Positions 1-15,594 of a stretch of DNA of 32,000 nt are shown piece by piece (the stretch's first letter is position 1; each line of letters begins with the position of its first letter). A program made the translations under genes and the position numbers. The stretch is taken from NCBI RefSeq assembly GCF_005080765.1, contig NZ_CP033012.1, positions 2,783 through 34,782 on the forward strand, in the 5' to 3' direction. The notes beneath the pieces were generated by a model. It had not been told where the DNA came from. It was given only the letters and a program-made list of their open reading frames with translations, and made no database searches. This DNA is from Buchnera aphidicola (Anoecia oenotherae). GTDB lineage: Bacteria > Pseudomonadota > Gammaproteobacteria > Enterobacterales > Enterobacteriaceae.

Positions 1-96
1 TTATTATAGACTCATTAATTTAATTAAATTTATTAATATACAAATTAAAAGATCTATGTAATATACAAAATATTTTAATACAAATATTCCATATAG

Positions 97-936
<840 letters not shown>

Positions 937-965
937 ATAAGTTTTACCTACGTTTAACTAAATAA

Positions 966-1220
<255 letters not shown>

Positions 1221-1348
1221 TCTTATTATAAATATATATTTATATATAAATTATAATATTAAAAATTAATGCAGTAATTTTGCTGTTAATTATTCAAATT
1301 TTAAAATATAAAAATCTTTAAAATCATTTTTTATAAGGAATAGTATTT

Positions 1349-1822
1349 ATGAATCTAAATGCAACTATGATTGGACAAACTATTTCTTTTATTTTTTTTG
1401 TATTTTTTTGCATGGTATATATCTGGCCACCTATTATTAATTCTATTAACAATCGAAAAAAAAAAATCCGTGCAGGTTTAATTTTTTCTAATCAAGCTAA
1501 ACTTGATTTAATCCTTGCTAAAAAAATAGCAAAAAAAAAAATTGAAGAAGCAAAAATTTCAGCTTTCAATATTATTAACGAAGCCAATAAAAATAAAAAT
1601 ATTATTTTAAAACAAGCAGAAAATTTAGCAAAAAAAAAAGAAATAGAATCTATTAAAAAAATAAAAAAACAAATAAAAATACAATATCAGCAAGAAATTG
1701 AAAATTTAAAACATAAAATAACTAATTTATCTATATCTATTGCTGAAAAAATTATTCAAAACTCTGTAAATGAAATAAAAAGTAAAAAAATAGTAAAAAA
1801 ATTTTTTTCTGACTTTACTTAA
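1349..1822 (+). CDS. atpF: F0F1 ATP synthase subunit b
   Basis: The ORF is 157 aa, against 156 aa in E. coli. It has a single N-terminal hydrophobic helix (IGQTISFIFFVFFCMVYIWPPI) followed by a long K/E/I/A-rich helical stalk. It lies between atpE and atpH, and AAGGA sits upstream. Confidence 0.88.
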   Translation: MNLNATMIGQTISFIFFVFFCMVYIWPPIINSINNRKKKIRAGLIFSNQAKLDLILAKKIAKKKIEEAKISAFNIINEANKNKNIILKQAENLAKKKEIESIKKIKKQIKIQYQQEIENLKHKITNLSISIAEKIIQNSVNEIKSKKIVKKFFSDFT

Positions 1823-1834
1823 TAGGTTAAAATA

Positions 1835-2367
1835 ATGAATATCGAATATAATATATCTAAAATTTACGCAAAAGCTGCTTTTAAATATGCGAAAGAAAAA
1901 AATTGCATACCTAAATGGACATCTATGCTTAATTTATCTTCTTTTATTGTAAAAAAAAAACTATAAATTATCATTTATCTATATTTTTATCTGAAAAATA
2001 TACTACAAAAATATTTTTACTAATTACTAGACATTATATTACTTTACAATTTAAAAATTTTATAAAAATAATAGCTGAAAATAAGCGATTTTTACTTCTT
2101 CCTAATATATTTAAAGAATTCATTAACTATGTAAATAAAGATAAAAAATTAATAACCGCTCATGTTATTTCTTCAAGAACGTTAAATAAAGAAAATATAC
2201 AAAATATCAAAAATTTTTTAAAAAATCGTTTTTCTAACCAAATAACCTTAAAATTTTTAATTGATCCATCTATAATTGATGGTTTTTTAATAAAAATCAA
2301 CGATAACGTTATAGATGGAACTATTAAGAATAATTTAAAAAATTTAAAAAATTTTTTATCTTTATAA
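1835..2367 (+). pseudogene. atpH: F0F1 ATP synthase subunit delta, interrupted by a frameshift in an A10 tract (possibly rescued by slippage)
   Basis: I translated this by hand. ATG 1835 gives MNIEYNISKIYAKAAFKYAKEKNCIPKWTSMLNLSSFIVKKKL and stops at TAA 1964-1966 (compare E. coli AtpH ..ARPYAKAAFDFA....W..ML). The frame with codon starts at 1960, 1963 and so on is open from 1933 to TAA 2365-2367. It encodes ..AENKRFLLLPNIFKEFINYV....[71 protein letters not shown], which matches the E. coli C-terminus (..[36 protein letters not shown]). The two frames are joined at A10 (1951-1960). This frame has no Met codon, which is why it is missing from the ORF track. Confidence 0.88.
1951..1960 (+). repeat. 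A10 homopolymer at the atpH frameshift site
   Basis: I counted ten consecutive A from the coordinate ruler (gta-aaaaaaaaa-ctataa). One additional A (11 A) joins the two atpH reading frames. Confidence 0.9.
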
Positions 2368-2381
2368 AAGGATGTCATCTA

Positions 2382-3923
2382 ATGCATTTAAATACTAGTG
2401 AAATTACTGACTTAATTAAACAAAGAATAAATAAATTTAAAACTTTCAATGAAACATATAATGAAGGAAAAGTTGTTTCGGTAGGAGATGGAATAGTCCG
2501 GATTATTGGATTGTCAGACGTTATGCAAGGAGAAATGTTATCTTTTCCAAATGATATATATGGTATCGCTTTAAACTTAGAAAGAGATTCAGTAGGTGCT
2601 GTTATATTAGGAGATTTCACGAACATATATGAAGGTATGACTGTAAAATGTACTCAAAGGATTTTAGAAGTTCCTGTTGGAAATAACTTTTTAGGAAGAG
2701 TTGTTAATAGTTTAGGAGAACCAATTGACGGTAAAGGAAAAATAAAACATGAAAATTTTTTTAAAATAGAAACAACTGCACCAGGAGTTATAGATAGGTC
2801 TCCTATTATAAAACCATTGCAAACTGGATACAAATCTATTGATACTATGACTCCTATAGGAAAAGGTCAACGCGAACTTATTATAGGAGATAGACAAACA
2901 GGAAAAACTACTCTAGCAATAGATACTATTATTAATCAAAAAAAAGAAAACATAAAATGTATTTATGTAGCAATAGGAAAAAAATTATCTACTATACTTA
3001 ACGTAGTCACAACTTTAGAAAAGTATAACGCTTTAGACTATACTATTATAGTATCCTCATCTTCTTCAGAAGCAGCTGTATTACAATATTTAGCTCCATA
3101 TTCTGGATGTGCTATGGGTGAATTTTTTAGAAACAAAGGAGAAGATGCACTAATTATATATGATGACTTATCTAAACATGCTATTGCATATCGCCAAATG
3201 TCTCTATTACTAAGAAGACCTCCGGGAAGAGAAGCTTTTCCTGGAGATATATTTTACCTTCATTCTAGATTGTTAGAAAGATCTTCTTGTGTTACAAAAG
3301 AATATGTAGAAAAAAAAACAGGAGTTAAAAAAATAGGTTCATTAACAGCTCTTCCTATAGTTGAAACTCAAGCTGGAGATATTTCTTCTTTTATTCCTAC
3401 AAATATTATTTCTATCACAGACGGTCAAATATTTTTAGAATCAAATCTTTTTAATGCAGGAATTAGACCTGCAATTAATCCAGGAATTTCAGTATCTAGA
3501 GTTGGTGCAGCTGCTCAAAGTAATATTATAAAAAAATTTGCTAGTAATATTCGAACTTCATTAGCTCAATATAGAGAATTAGCTTCTTTTTCACAATTCT
3601 CATCTGATTTAGATATTTCTACTAAAAATCAATTGATTTACGGACAAAAACTTATTGAACTTCTAAAACAAGATCAACATAATCCTTTAAGTGTCCAAGA
3701 ACAAGCTATTCTTTTAATAGCAGCAGAAAAAAATTTATTAAACGATATAGAAGTAAATAAAATTCGTATATTTGAATCACTAATTCTTACTTATTTTAGA
3801 ACATATTATAAAGAATTATCAGATATAATTGGATCTAAAGGATTATATAACTCTGAAATCGAATCTAATGTAATTAATTGTATTAAACTATTTAAAAAAT
3901 CTACTTCTTGGAAATCTATTTAA
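2382..3923 (+). CDS. atpA: F0F1 ATP synthase subunit alpha
   Basis: The ORF is 513 aa, the same as E. coli. It carries Walker [51 protein letters not shown], and [27 protein letters not shown]. An AAGGA SD immediately follows the atpH stop. Confidence 0.98.
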   Translation: MHLNTSEITDLIKQRINKFKTFNETYNEGKVVSVGDGIVRIIGLSDVMQGEMLSFPNDIYGIALNLERDSVGAVILGDFTNIYEGMTVKCTQRILEVPVGNNFLGRVVNSLGEPIDGKGKIKHENFFKIETTAPGVIDRSPIIKPLQTGYKSIDTMTPIGKGQRELIIGDRQTGKTTLAIDTIINQKKENIKCIYVAIGKKLSTILNVVTTLEKYNALDYTIIVSSSSSEAAVLQYLAPYSGCAMGEFFRNKGEDALIIYDDLSKHAIAYRQMSLLLRRPPGREAFPGDIFYLHSRLLERSSCVTKEYVEKKTGVKKIGSLTALPIVETQAGDISSFIPTNIISITDGQIFLESNLFNAGIRPAINPGISVSRVGAAAQSNIIKKFASNIRTSLAQYRELASFSQFSSDLDISTKNQLIYGQKLIELLKQDQHNPLSVQEQAILLIAAEKNLLNDIEVNKIRIFESLILTYFRTYYKELSDIIGSKGLYNSEIESNVINCIKLFKKSTSWKSI

Positions 3924-3967
3924 TATTTCTATTTACTTTCTAAATTTTACAAAGAAAGGAATTTATA

Positions 3968-6261
<2,294 letters not shown>

Positions 6262-6373
6262 TCTCATATATTATACATATTCCTTATATTGTAAAAACTA
6301 CAATTTATGTACTTAAAAAGTATATATTTCTATATAAAAATTATATAGTTATAAATCAAAATGAGAAATTAGT

Positions 6374-6781
6374 ATGGAATTGCATCTAAACTTAGTGTCT
6401 ATGACACACAAGAATATTTGTGAAAAAATAAAATCAATTAAAGTACCTGGAATTGAAGGAGGATTAAATATATATCCTCAACACACTCCTCTTCTTACAA
6501 CTATTAAACCTGGGATTATATCCATTACAAAAAGTAATAATACTATAAAAAATATATATATATCTTCAGGAATATTAGAAGTACAACCATTTTTAATAAC
6601 TATTTTAGGAAAAACAGTACTACAAAAAAAAGATATAGATGCAGAAAAAACTAAAAAAAATATTTTTATTATAAAAAAATATATAAATAACACTCAATTA
6701 TTTTCAAAAAAAATAAAAATGTTACATGAATTAGAAAAACAATTAGCTCAATTAAAATTACTAAATATTAGTAATATATAA
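6374..6781 (+). CDS. atpC: F0F1 ATP synthase subunit epsilon
   Basis: The ORF is 135 aa, against 139 aa in E. coli. It matches L.LVS......I..I.V.G.EG.L.IYP.H.PLLT.IKPG.I.I and SGGILEVQP-like SSGILEVQP. It is the last gene of the operon. An upstream in-frame ATG at 6361 hits a stop after 3 codons, so 6374 is the start. Confidence 0.9.
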   Translation: MELHLNLVSMTHKNICEKIKSIKVPGIEGGLNIYPQHTPLLTTIKPGIISITKSNNTIKNIYISSGILEVQPFLITILGKTVLQKKDIDAEKTKKNIFIIKKYINNTQLFSKKIKMLHELEKQLAQLKLLNISNI

Positions 6782-6814
6782 GAATTATTATTTTTTATAG
6801 TTCTTTATTATTTT

Positions 6815-6848
6815 ACGGTAGGAAATTGTTTTAGCCTACCGTTTAATT
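6815..6848 (+). terminator. Putative hairpin terminator after atpC
   Basis: ACGGTAGG (6815-6822) and CCTACCGT (6835-6842) form an 8-bp G/C-containing stem with a 12-nt loop, followed by TTTAATT. It lies in the convergent atpC/gyrB gap. The T-tail is weak. Confidence 0.4.
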
Positions 6849-6948
6849 AGACTAATTCTTTTTATTTAGTATTTATCAAAATTTAAGATTTATATATACA
6901 AAATACAAAGCAAATATTGATCTATATTAAAAACATTTTTTTATCTAT

Positions 6949-9381
<2,433 letters not shown>

Positions 9382-9588
9382 TTAAGTAACCAAACATCAT
9401 TGTTTATAAAACTAAAATTAACTTAACAAAATGATACATAAACTAAATATACATACTATTTCTAAATTTCATCTTTTACTAAATTAGTGAAAATTAGAAA
9501 AACAGTAAATATATTAATTATTATACTTTTTACTAGAAATAATTTGTTTTTATTTTACTTCATTAATTAATATACAAAACATAATTTA

Positions 9589-10695
9589 TTACAATATTAA
9601 AGGCATAATAATATATATTAAATTAGAATCTGCCTTATCTTGAATATGAATATTATTAATAGGATTATTCAAAAAAATTATTATATTCTCTCCCAAAATA
9701 ACATTTAATACATCCAACATATATTTTACATTAACTCCAAATTCTATAGGATTACCTGAATAATTAATTTCTATAAATTCTTTAGATATTTCATTAAAAG
9801 AATTTTTCGCAACTATAATTAATTTATTATCATTAATTGAAATATGTACTCCATTAAACTGTTCATCAGATAAAATCAAAGCTCTAGATAATATTAATTT
9901 TAATAACTTTGTGTTAATTTCTATTTTAGAACAAAAATTATTTAACACTAAATTAGTATAATTTGGAAATTTTCCATCAATTAGTTTTGATTTTAAAATT
10001 GTATTATTTACTTGTATAAAAATATTTTTATAATCGATATTAAAAACCATTGAACCTTTATTTTCCTTTACGATTTTAATTATTTCTAAAATAGCTTTTC
10101 TGGAAATTATAATAGAAAAATTAGATATGTTTAATTCTTTTTCTATACTTACTAGTGCCATTCTATGTCCATCTGTAGCAACCGTTTCTAATTTATTATC
10201 TTTATATAAAAAAAGCATTCCATTCAAATAATGCCGTATATCATTATTTCCCATAGAAAAAACTATAGATTCAACTAAATATCGAAACGTTTCTTTAGAA
10301 ATAGAAAAATGGATGGATTTTTTTATATCTTTAAACAACGGAAAATTTTCTGAAGACATAGTACATAATTTAAAATAACTATTTTTATAATTTATAACAA
10401 TTCTGTTACTATTTTTTTTAATTCTTATGCACATTTTTGAATCTTTTGGAAAAACTCTACATATTTCTAACAATTTACGTCCGGACGTAATAAATTCGAA
10501 GTTTAACGTACTTGAAAATGAATTAATTATAGAAGTTATTTCTATATCTAAATTGGTACTAATTAACACTAGTCTATTATACTGTAATTTTATTAATATA
10601 TTTTCAATTACCACCATTGTTGGGTTTTTAGCAACAATGGATATGACTTTTTTTACTGAAGATAATAATAAGTCTCTATGTATAGTTAATTTCAT
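9589..10695 (-). CDS. dnaN: DNA polymerase III beta sliding clamp
   Basis: The ORF is 368 aa, against 366 aa in E. coli. It shows MKLTI.R..LL, the central R.YLNGMLF......L..VATDGHR.A and LIDGKFP.Y motifs, and the ending YIIMP. It lies next to gyrB, as in the dnaA-dnaN-(recF)-gyrB block. Confidence 0.93.
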   Translation of the reverse strand: MKLTIHRDLLLSSVKKVISIVAKNPTMVVIENILIKLQYNRLVLISTNLDIEITSIINSFSSTLNFEFITSGRKLLEICRVFPKDSKMCIRIKKNSNRIVINYKNSYFKLCTMSSENFPLFKDIKKSIHFSISKETFRYLVESIVFSMGNNDIRHYLNGMLFLYKDNKLETVATDGHRMALVSIEKELNISNFSIIISRKAILEIIKIVKENKGSMVFNIDYKNIFIQVNNTILKSKLIDGKFPNYTNLVLNNFCSKIEINTKLLKLILSRALILSDEQFNGVHISINDNKLIIVAKNSFNEISKEFIEINYSGNPIEFGVNVKYMLDVLNVILGENIIIFLNNPINNIHIQDKADSNLIYIIMPLIL

Positions 10696-11791
10696 ATTTA
10701 TAATAAAAGTAAACTCTTAATAATAATTATTGATAATTTAACATTTTTTTTTAACTAATTATAATTTGTTTTTTATACGAACAATTTTAACTATTACTTA
10801 TACCTAGGTATTAAATACTTTTATATAAAATCTAAAAATCTACAAAAATATTGTATATGTTATAAACAGTTAATTTAAATCATATAAAATATATTTATTT
10901 ATATAATGTTATTTATTATTAAAATAATTATAATGGTTATTAATATTTACTCTATTTTAAAATATTAAACATATTTATATAAATATATACATATTTTTTA
11001 CATAGATAAATTAATAGTCCATATTCTGTATATTTTTTATATTAAACTCATATTTTTATACTTTTATATATATACAATATGCAGTATATTGTATTCCTAA
11101 TGTATATATTTGAATATTTTAAAAAATAATAATTTTATTCAATTAATTAAATTAATTCATTATTTTTACTTATAAATAAAGTTATTAATTTTGTAAATTT
11201 TATATAGAAAATTTATTTTAAACATATGATACATCAGTCTTAATAATTAAAAGTTAATTTAATATATTTAAATTGTTTACATATAATTAATTTTCTAAAT
11301 TATAGAAATATTTTTTTATTACTATAAATAAAAGTAGTATTAATAATACAACTTAAAGTTTAATAACTATTGTTTAATTCTAAAACTCTATAATTTATAA
11401 TTAAAAATAACAATTAAATTATTCACTTATTAAATCAATTTTTTCTTAATATATATAATCAGTACATAAAATAATTTATTTTTAAGAAAATAAAAACAAC
11501 TTTATTATCTCAATACACAACATACTCTAAATATTATTGGTTATATATCCTAAAAATAAATTGTTATAAATATAATTATGTCAATTTTTACAAAAATGTA
11601 ATAATATTTATGTATAACTATATATTTAAAAAATATTAAACAATAAATATTCTTAATTGATGTAAATATATTCCTAGATATGCATTATATTGAATATTAA
11701 TCATAATAGAACTAAAACATACATAACTTTTAAAATAACATTACTCAAAAAAAATATTACTTAATTTTCATATAAAAAAAGAGATAAAACT
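10696..11791. other. 1,096-bp ORF-free A/T spacer occupying the position where dnaA is expected
   Basis: No ORF of 60 aa or more appears in any frame in the supplied track. The composition is almost exclusively A/T. It is flanked by dnaN (minus) and rpmH (plus), which normally flank dnaA. Confidence 0.8.
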
Positions 11792-11935
11792 ATGAAAAGA
11801 ACTTTTCAACCTTCTATTTTAAAACGAAACAAAACACATGGATTTAGAAATAGAATGTCTACAAAAAATGGAAGAGCAATTCTGTCTAGAAGAAGATCAA
11901 AATCGCGTATTCAACTTACTGTTTCTTCTAAATAA
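11792..11935 (+). CDS. rpmH: 50S ribosomal protein L34
   Basis: I found this by hand, since it is below the ORF-track cutoff. It encodes [47 protein letters not shown] (47 aa), against E. coli [46 protein letters not shown]. It ends with TAA at 11933-11935, 11 nt before rnpA. Confidence 0.96.
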   Translation: MKRTFQPSILKRNKTHGFRNRMSTKNGRAILSRRRSKSRIQLTVSSK

Positions 11936-11946
11936 AATTATTTTTT

Positions 11947-12291
11947 ATGATTTTACTTTCCTTATCTAAACAAAAAAGATTATTAAAATCTATTGATTTT
12001 AATCGAGTTTTTTCTAATCACTATAGAGTAAGCAATAAAAAATTTAGTATTTTAGGATCTTTAAACAAACTTGGTTATCCTCGTTTAGGGTGTAGTATTA
12101 GTCGAAAAAAAATTAAACTATCTAATAAGAGAAATAATATAAAAAGACTAATTAGAGAAAGTTTTAGACTCATACAATATAAATTAATTTCTATGGATTT
12201 CGTAGTTGTAATTAATCAAAAAAATATACATAAACAGTCAAACCGTGATTTAATAAAAGCACTAAAAAATCTTTGGTTAAGGTATTGTTAA
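11947..12291 (+). CDS. rnpA: Ribonuclease P protein component
   Basis: The ORF is a 114-aa basic protein immediately downstream of rpmH, the universal rpmH-rnpA pairing. It has the L.K..DF..VF motif and a K/R-rich RNR-like segment (KRNNIKRLIRESFR). Confidence 0.88.
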   Translation: MILLSLSKQKRLLKSIDFNRVFSNHYRVSNKKFSILGSLNKLGYPRLGCSISRKKIKLSNKRNNIKRLIRESFRLIQYKLISMDFVVVINQKNIHKQSNRDLIKALKNLWLRYC

Positions 12292-12509
12292 ACATTAAAA
12301 TTATAAATTAATTTCAATACACCTTACATTTTCTTATATTAATAAATACTATTTAAAAAAATGTATACAATTACATACTAATGTCATACACATTATAATT
12401 TATCAACTAAATAAACATATTATATATTTCACAAACTACTATAACAATAGTACTTTATACATATGTTAAGTTATATTATTATCTGTTCATAAAAAAGAGA
12501 ACGTTTCTA

Positions 12510-14126
12510 ATGCATTTAAAACGTAATATTTTTATTCTAATGTTTTTATGTATAATTTTATATTCTTTTCAAATATACAAAAATTATTTTTCTCAAAATT
12601 TTATAAAAAATAAAACAATATTAAACTATGAAAATAACATAACAAAAAAAAATACATGTATTTTAAAAAATTCGGAAAAAAAAAATATTATTTATCTTAA
12701 AAATGATGTTATTTGTGCTTCTATAAATACTATAGGAGGAAACATTGAAAAAGTATCTCTACTTAAATATAAAAAAGAACTAAACTCAAATAAACCGTTT
12801 GAATTATTAACAAAAAAATCAAATTTTATATACCAAGCAAATAGTAAAATAATAGGAAATGATAGCCCAGATAGTTCTATCAACTGTAAGGACAAACCAG
12901 TTTACAAAATAGATAAAAATTTTTTTTATTTAAAAAACTTAGATAAAAACAAAAAATATATACCATTAATTTGGGAAAGTAAAAATCATTCACTATATAT
13001 TAAAACTTTTATCCTTAATAAAGGAGATTATAGAATAAAAGTAGAATATAACATATATAACTATAATAAAAATATAAATATATCTACACTTAATAAATTA
13101 CAACAAAATATAAATATTCAAAATACAAATTTTAACTATAACTCTATCTTCTCTAAAAATACATATAGAGGATCAGCCTACTCTAGCGACATGCATAAAT
13201 TTCAAAAAAAAAGTTTTGAAGATATAAAAACACACAATACTTCAATAATACATACAAAAAATGGTTGGATAGCTATGATTCAACAATATTTTTGTACAGC
13301 ATGGATTCCTAGTAATAAAGAAAATAATATTTTTTTTAAAAAAACTATAAAAAAAAATCAAGTTTCTATAAATTGTCAGTCAGACTTAGTACCTATAAAC
13401 AAAAATTTTTGCCATAAAATATCATCTTCATTGTGGGTTGGACCGGAAATTCAAAAAGAAATGAAGCATATAGCTCCATACTTAGACTTTACTGTAGATT
13501 ATGGATATTTATGGTTTTTTGCCAAACCGTTATTTAAACTATTGAATTTCTTTTTCAAATTAGTTAATAATTGGGGTTGGGCTATTATTTTAACAACATT
13601 AACTATTCGAACTATAATGTATCCTTTAACTAAAGTTCAATATATCTCTTCAGAAAAATTCCGTTCATTACAACCAAAAATTGAAGAAATAAAAAAAAAA
13701 TATAAAAATAATAAAAAAAAACTCAATGAAAAGATTATATCTTTATATAATACAGAACAAATAAATCCTATCAGAAGTTTTATTCCAACATTACTTCAAA
13801 TGCCGTTATTTCTATCTCTGTATACTATGTTAGTAGCGTCAGTAGAACTAAGACATGCTAATTTTATATTATGGATTAATGATTTATCTTCTAAAGACCC
13901 ATATTTCGTACTTCCAATCTTTATGGGATTAACTATGTTTTATATTCAGAAAATATCAAATACTAATAATTCAAATTCTATTCAATCAAAATATACTCTA
14001 CTTATACCTATAATATTAACTTGCTTCTTTTTATGTTTCCCATCTGGTTTAGTTTTATACTATACAGTTAATAACTTAATCACAATTATTCAACAAAAAT
14101 TTATTTTAAATAAATTAAAAAATTAA
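12510..14126 (+). CDS. yidC: Membrane protein insertase YidC
   Basis: The ORF is 538 aa, against 548 aa in E. coli. It has an N-terminal TM helix, a large periplasmic domain, and the conserved C-terminal core WGWAIILTTL.IR...YPLT..QY.S..K.R.LQPK..E....Y, P....IP.L.QMP.F..LY and GL.LYY...N...I.QQ. It follows rnpA as in most bacteria. Confidence 0.95.
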   Translation: MHLKRNIFILMFLCIILYSFQIYKNYFSQNFIKNKTILNYENNITKKNTCILKNSEKKNIIYLKNDVICASINTIGGNIEKVSLLKYKKELNSNKPFELLTKKSNFIYQANSKIIGNDSPDSSINCKDKPVYKIDKNFFYLKNLDKNKKYIPLIWESKNHSLYIKTFILNKGDYRIKVEYNIYNYNKNINISTLNKLQQNINIQNTNFNYNSIFSKNTYRGSAYSSDMHKFQKKSFEDIKTHNTSIIHTKNGWIAMIQQYFCTAWIPSNKENNIFFKKTIKKNQVSINCQSDLVPINKNFCHKISSSLWVGPEIQKEMKHIAPYLDFTVDYGYLWFFAKPLFKLLNFFFKLVNNWGWAIILTTLTIRTIMYPLTKVQYISSEKFRSLQPKIEEIKKKYKNNKKKLNEKIISLYNTEQINPIRSFIPTLLQMPLFLSLYTMLVASVELRHANFILWINDLSSKDPYFVLPIFMGLTMFYIQKISNTNNSNSIQSKYTLLIPIILTCFFLCFPSGLVLYYTVNNLITIIQQKFILNKLKN

Positions 14127-14229
14127 TAATAAACTTATGTATAAAAATTAAATATTAATCTTATCTAAACAAAATAACTAAAAAATTTTATAAATATAAA
14201 TTAACTAATTTAGTATTTATGGATACAAA

Positions 14230-15594
14230 ATGACTAACTCAAAAACTATCATAGCTCAAATAACTCCAATAGGAAAGTCTGGCGTAGGAATATTGAGAAT
14301 ATCAGGAAAACAATGCAAGAAAGTAGCAAAACTAGTATTAAAAAAAATTCCCAAGGAAAGATATGCAGAATATTTAGATTTTTTAAATTATAACGGGAAA
14401 ATCATAGATAAAGGAATCGCTTTATGGTTCCCATCTCCAAATTCTTTTACAGGGGAAGATACTTTAGAATTGCAAGGACATGGAAATCCTATAATATTAG
14501 ATATGCTTATAAATACTATTCTTACGGTAAAAAATGTTCGAATAGCTCATCCTGGAGAATTTTCTAAAAGAGCATTTTTAAATGGAAAAATAGATTTAAT
14601 ACAAGCTGAAGCTATAGCTGATTTAATTAATTCTAATACTGAAGAAGCTGCTATTTATTCATTACAATCTATGACAGGTAATTTATCTGTTAATATTTCC
14701 AATATTACTAAATTAATAATAAAATTAAGAACTAAAATTGAAACCCATATAAATTTTTCTTATGAAGAATCCATTCCTATTGATATTAATAGTATTAATA
14801 ATACTTTATTAAATATATTAAAGAAACTAAAAATGATTAAACTATCTGAAAATAAAGGAAGTTTGCTTCATGAAGGAATTCAATTAGCCTTAATAGGACC
14901 TCCAAACACTGGAAAATCTACGTTATTTAATCGATTATCACTAAACGACTCCGCGATAGTTACTGAAATAAAAGGAACTACTAGAGATATTTTACAAGAA
15001 AAAATAAATCTAAATGGTAACCTACTACACATTTTAGACACAGCTGGATTACATAATACAAATGATAAAGTAGAAAAAATAGGAATTAAGCGAACGTGGG
15101 AAAAAATTAAACAATGTAACTACATATTATTAATTTTAGACTGTAGTACATCTTACAAAAAAAATATATCTATTTATAATTCTATACTTAAATCTTCTAT
15201 AAAAGAAAATAAAATTAGTATTATTATGAATAAATGCGACTTAATCAATAAAAAACCTGGAATGCACTATATTTCAAAATTAGGAAAATGTCTCTTTGTA
15301 TCTGGAAAAAAAAATACAGGAATACACCATTTAAGATCACATTTACAAAAAATTATGACTAATAACATTTGTTCAGAAGGATTATTTATTTCTAAAAGAC
15401 GACATTCTTATATATTAAATAATATCTTAGAATTTCTATCAGAAACAATTTATGCGTGGAAAAAAAATAAAAATATAGAACTCTTAGCAGAAGATTTAAG
15501 ACTAATTCAAAAAAAATTAGGCAAAATAACTGGGGAATTTACTACGGAAGACTTGTTAGAATCTATATTCTCTACTTTTTGTATTGGTAAATAA
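14230..15594 (+). CDS. mnmE: tRNA uridine-5-carboxymethylaminomethyl modification GTPase
   Basis: The ORF is 454 aa, the same as E. coli MnmE. It carries TI.AQ.TP.G..GVGILRISG, GIALWFP.PNSFTGED.LELQGHG.P, R.A.PGEFS.RAFLN.K.DL.QAEAIADLI, the G1 motif GPPNTGKSTL, TRD, DTAG, NK.D, and the C-terminal ITGEFT.EDLL..IFS.FCIGK. Confidence 0.97.
   Translation: MTNSKTIIAQITPIGKSGVGILRISGKQCKKVAKLVLKKIPKERYAEYLDFLNYNGKIIDKGIALWFPSPNSFTGEDTLELQGHGNPIILDMLINTILTVKNVRIAHPGEFSKRAFLNGKIDLIQAEAIADLINSNTEEAAIYSLQSMTGNLSVNISNITKLIIKLRTKIETHINFSYEESIPIDINSINNTLLNILKKLKMIKLSENKGSLLHEGIQLALIGPPNTGKSTLFNRLSLNDSAIVTEIKGTTRDILQEKINLNGNLLHILDTAGLHNTNDKVEKIGIKRTWEKIKQCNYILLILDCSTSYKKNISIYNSILKSSIKENKISIIMNKCDLINKKPGMHYISKLGKCLFVSGKKNTGIHHLRSHLQKIMTNNICSEGLFISKRRHSYILNNILEFLSETIYAWKKNKNIELLAEDLRLIQKKLGKITGEFTTEDLLESIFSTFCIGK

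Noticed and set aside
2160-2626. Two minus-strand ORFs (72 aa at 2160-2378 and 83 aa at 2375-2626).
   Set aside because: They are antisense to the atpH 3' segment and the atpA 5' end. The products are low-complexity F/K/I-rich sequence. The first appears in the track only because the real atpH frame lacks an ATG.
11419-11427. DnaA-box-like TTATTCACT in the dnaN-rpmH spacer, possibly marking an origin.
   Set aside because: It has two mismatches to TTATCCACA, occurs as a single copy, and lies in DNA where such A/T-rich near-matches are expected by chance. It gives no support for an oriC.
12292-12509. A possible yidD remnant between rnpA and yidC.
   Set aside because: There is no ORF, and no trace of the conserved YidD Cys/Pro-rich motif in any frame that I could read. 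I treat it as a plain spacer with the gene lost.
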